32,000 nucleotides of DNA from Methanosphaera stadtmanae DSM 3091 (lineage in GTDB: Archaea > Methanobacteriota > Methanobacteria > Methanobacteriales > Methanobacteriaceae): NCBI RefSeq assembly GCF_000012545.1, contig NC_007681.1, positions 990,001-1,022,000 on the forward strand. Direction: 5' to 3'. Made by a program: the position numbers and the translations under genes. Positions 29,789-32,000 of this stretch are shown here, piece by piece. Numbering within the stretch: the first letter of the stretch is position 1; every line of letters starts with the position of its first letter. Below the pieces are notes generated by a model. It did not search any database and had not been told where the DNA came from. It was given only the letters and a program-made list of their open reading frames with translations.

Positions 29789-30151
29789 TTATACCTTCCT
29801 ATTTAATGCTTGGTTTCTTCTTTCATCATCTAAATAAATTTCAGTTAGAACTAAGTTTGATGGGTGAATTGGTTGGTATAATTTAGATCCATCTTGTTTT
29901 TGACTGGATGCTCCATCAACAAGAACACGGTAATTTTTAAGATCTACACCTTCAACTTTTCCTTCAGTTCCTCTAAAGTCACCACGTACTATTTCAACTG
30001 AATCTCCTTTTCTTACAGGGAAGGATCTTCTGTTAAATTCTTCTTTAAGATCATCAGAAAGATGTACACTCATTGAGTTGTGACGTTTATGTAGTGGTGC
30101 TGTATATAAAGCTTTACGTTGTTTTCTTGGTTGTTTTGACATAATATTCAC
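29789..30151 (-). CDS. rpl24: 50S ribosomal protein L24 (uL24)
   Basis: 120-aa ORF with a KOW motif (VRKGDSVEIVRGDFRGTEGKV). The start may be ATG 30142. Confidence 0.95.
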   Translation of the reverse strand: MNIMSKQPRKQRKALYTAPLHKRHNSMSVHLSDDLKEEFNRRSFPVRKGDSVEIVRGDFRGTEGKVEGVDLKNYRVLVDGASSQKQDGSKLYQPIHPSNLVLTEIYLDDERRNQALNRKV

Positions 30152-30550
30152 CTATACTATTATACTTGCAGCACTACCTATTGCTGGCCAAAGATCTGCA
30201 GCTTCTTTTGCTATTGGACCTCTGATTTCTGAACCTTTAAGAACACCATCTTCGGTAATAATTACTGCTGCATTGTCTTCAAATTTAACTCTTAGACCAT
30301 CTGCTCGTCTGTATTCTTTTTTCTGACGAACAACTACTGCTGTTGTAACTTCTCTTCTCATGTCAGCTGTTCCTTTTTTAACAGAAATAACTACCATGTC
30401 ACCTACTCCAGCTGAAGCAAGTCTTCTTCTTACTCCTTTAAATCCTTTTACTGAAATAATTTCTACTTCACGTGCTCCTGTATTGTCTATACATTTAAGT
30501 CTAGCACCGATTGGAAGTGATTTGGAGACGTTGGATGTAATTGCTTTCAT
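30152..30550 (-). CDS. rpl14: 50S ribosomal protein L14 (uL14)
   Basis: 132-aa ORF with [13 protein letters not shown]. Confidence 0.95.
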   Translation of the reverse strand: MKAITSNVSKSLPIGARLKCIDNTGAREVEIISVKGFKGVRRRLASAGVGDMVVISVKKGTADMRREVTTAVVVRQKKEYRRADGLRVKFEDNAAVIITEDGVLKGSEIRGPIAKEAADLWPAIGSAASIIV

Positions 30551-30555
30551 ATTAT

Positions 30556-30876
30556 CTATTCTCCTTCTTTAACTTCTACTAGCACAAAATGTTTAGTTTT
30601 ACTAAGTTGTCTACATTCTGCAATTTTTACAGAATCTCCAACTTTAACATCAAGACAATCTGGTTTATGTGCTTTTATTTTAGAATTTCTTTTTTCGTAT
30701 CTTTCAAATTTGTTTATATACTTATAGAAACTTCTTTCTACAGTAATTGTACGATCTGCCTTATCACTTGTAACTGTTCCTTCTATAACTTGACCTCTTA
30801 CAGAGAGTTCACCGTGAAATGGACAGTTAGGATCATGACATTCTTTTTCTGGTTGCTTAACATTAATGCCTACCAT
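30556..30876 (-). CDS. rps17: 30S ribosomal protein S17 (uS17)
   Basis: 106-aa ORF with CxDxxCPFHG and the OB-fold region [18 protein letters not shown]. Confidence 0.95.
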   Translation of the reverse strand: MVGINVKQPEKECHDPNCPFHGELSVRGQVIEGTVTSDKADRTITVERSFYKYINKFERYEKRNSKIKAHKPDCLDVKVGDSVKIAECRQLSKTKHFVLVEVKEGE

Positions 30877-30880
30877 ATTT

Positions 30881-31162
30881 TCACCTAATTTTTGTAAATT
30901 TCTTTTTTATCCGGTCTTCAGGGCGGGCTGTAATAACTTTTCCATCGATAGAAACTTTTTCACCTTGAGGTAGTGTAAATAAAAATACTACATCACTCTT
31001 AGGTATTAGTTTCTCATTTTTACCCGTATCTACTCTGATAGTATTACGCGTTTCATCAATAATTATCCCTTTTATTCCAATGAATTTCTCATGTTTACTG
31101 TTGATAACCTCAACATTTAAACCTATAAATTCATGTCTGAATACATTTTGTGGAGTTATCAT
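30881..31162 (-). CDS. rnp1: Ribonuclease P protein component 1 (Rpp29/Pop4 homologue)
   Basis: 93-aa ORF with [13 protein letters not shown]...[16 protein letters not shown], typical of archaeal Rpp29. It holds the canonical position between sui1/rpl29 and rps17. Confidence 0.85.
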   Translation of the reverse strand: MITPQNVFRHEFIGLNVEVINSKHEKFIGIKGIIIDETRNTIRVDTGKNEKLIPKSDVVFLFTLPQGEKVSIDGKVITARPEDRIKKKFTKIR

Positions 31163-31256
31163 ACTAAAACTTCACATTATTGAATATTTCCCTGTTTCAA
31201 TAAACTAAAATGTTATTGAAATATAATTTAAATCTTCTCTTTTAAATAGACTGAAT

Positions 31257-31595
31257 CTATTTTATTTCTATAGTATCTGAGGAAAAACCCATTCCTGCAA
31301 GTACTTCTTTAACTTTTCTTTTATGGTCTCCTTGAAGTTCAATTTGACCTTTTTTGGAAGTACCTCCACAGGCACATTTGGATTTAAGAGTTTTAGTTAA
31401 TTCACGTATATCAATATCATGTTCATCAATTCCTTCAACTATAGTCATAAGTTTTCCAAAACGACGACGTACTGTATATACTTTAACTTTTTGAACTTCA
31501 CGAGCTATCTCTTCACAAACACATAGATCTTTTGGAAGACCGCATATTTCACAGATTTTCATCTCTATTTTATTCTCCCTGCTGTTTGTTTTCAT
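31257..31595 (-). CDS. sui1: Translation initiation factor aSUI1 (eIF1 homologue)
   Basis: SUI1 domain ([20 protein letters not shown]...[15 protein letters not shown]). The likelier start is ATG 31562 ([10 protein letters not shown]), 7 nt after the rpl29 stop. The longer track ORF overlaps rpl29. Confidence 0.9.
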   Translation of the reverse strand: MKTNSRENKIEMKICEICGLPKDLCVCEEIAREVQKVKVYTVRRRFGKLMTIVEGIDEHDIDIRELTKTLKSKCACGGTSKKGQIELQGDHKRKVKEVLAGMGFSSDTIEIK

Positions 31596-31776
31596 TCATT
31601 ATAGTAAGAACACGGGCTATAGTTCTTCTAGTTTCTTTAATTTTACCAGGGTTGTCTACTCCAGCTACAGCACCTTTACTTACTAAAGTATCATATTCAG
31701 CATGAAGTTCAGTAAGTTTTACTTCAAGGTCTGATGGACTTAAATCCCTTAATTCTTTACTTCTTAAAATAACCAT
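31570..31776 (-). CDS. rpl29: 50S ribosomal protein L29 (uL29)
   Basis: 68-aa ORF with [25 protein letters not shown]. Confidence 0.95.
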   Translation of the reverse strand: MVILRSKELRDLSPSDLEVKLTELHAEYDTLVSKGAVAGVDNPGKIKETRRTIARVLTIMNENKQQGE

Positions 31777-31788
31777 AAGTAATTCCCC

Positions 31789-32000
31789 TTATTCTTCTAA
31801 AGTTTCAACATCTTCTATTTCTTCAGTAATCTCTTCTATTTCAGATTCTTCAGAAAGTTCTTCTAATATATCTTCACCAGTGATTTCTTCAACTATTTCA
31901 GATTCTTGAACTTCAGGAACTTCCTGAGCTACAGGTTCTTCAACATCAACAATTTCAGGTTCACTGATTTCTATATTGTCAGGTAAAGTTACTTCAGGAG
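31789..32000 (-). CDS. rps3: C-terminal part of 30S ribosomal protein S3 (uS3), acidic tail; CDS runs off the right edge
   Basis: The minus-strand frame is open to the window edge and ends ...EEITEEIEDVETLEE-stop (TAA at 31791-31789). Identity is inferred only from the canonical rps3-rpl29 order. The visible part is a low-complexity acidic tail. Confidence 0.6.
   Translation of the reverse strand, partial: PEVTLPDNIEISEPEIVDVEEPVAQEVPEVQESEIVEEITGEDILEELSEESEIEEITEEIEDVETLEE

Noticed and set aside
19334-30888. Other short ORFs overlapping strong genes (19334-19570, 20586-20873, 20681-20926, 20953-21135, 21311-21496, 23994-24194, 25380-25628, 25520-25765, 26707-26943, 27740-27991, 29494-29724, 30360-30572, 30589-30888; likewise 5231-5443, 8013-8297, 9090-9311, 9635-9955)
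   Set aside because: Each lies inside or antisense to a confidently identified conserved gene and has no independent start signals or family resemblance.

Overview
AT-rich archaeal chromosome segment. Gene content suggests a Methanobacteriales-type methanogen such as Methanosphaera or Methanobrevibacter, but that is inference and is not verifiable here. About 80% of the window is housekeeping and almost entirely on the minus strand. (i) 1-4712 holds an isoprenoid operon: idsA (partial), RNase J, type-2 IPP isomerase, isopentenyl phosphate kinase, mevalonate kinase. (ii) 6128-12453 holds rps2, a ferredoxin, eno, rpoK, rpoN, rps9, rpl13, rpl18e, rpoD, rps11, rps4 and rps13, followed by tRNA-Ser(GGA) and cbf5. 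(iii) 20606-32000 holds the spc/secY ribosomal superoperon, running from rps3 (partial) down to rpl14e. Two sub-threshold genes missing from the ORF track were recovered by hand: rpoN at 8702-8869 and a GTG-initiated rps14 at 28397-28540. The unusual part is an accessory wedge of about 6.4 kb (14204-20605) between cbf5 and rpl14e. Its core (about 15.7-18.2 kb) has no recognisable family. It contains a 262-aa protein with an RHH-like N-terminus and a long coiled coil. Next to this gene lies a dense array of about 24 copies of a 9-10 bp motif, TGTTTTAYA(T). The array is built from three tandem modules of about 160-170 bp plus a fourth module in inverted orientation. The opposed modules bracket a two-gene cassette: a 115-aa orphan protein and an SD-coupled 63-aa two-TM peptide. 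This looks like an iteron, centromere or origin-like DNA-binding platform with a candidate cognate binder, possibly a relic of a mobile replicon, but function is untested. A NudC-type Nudix hydrolase and a polytopic membrane protein complete the wedge.
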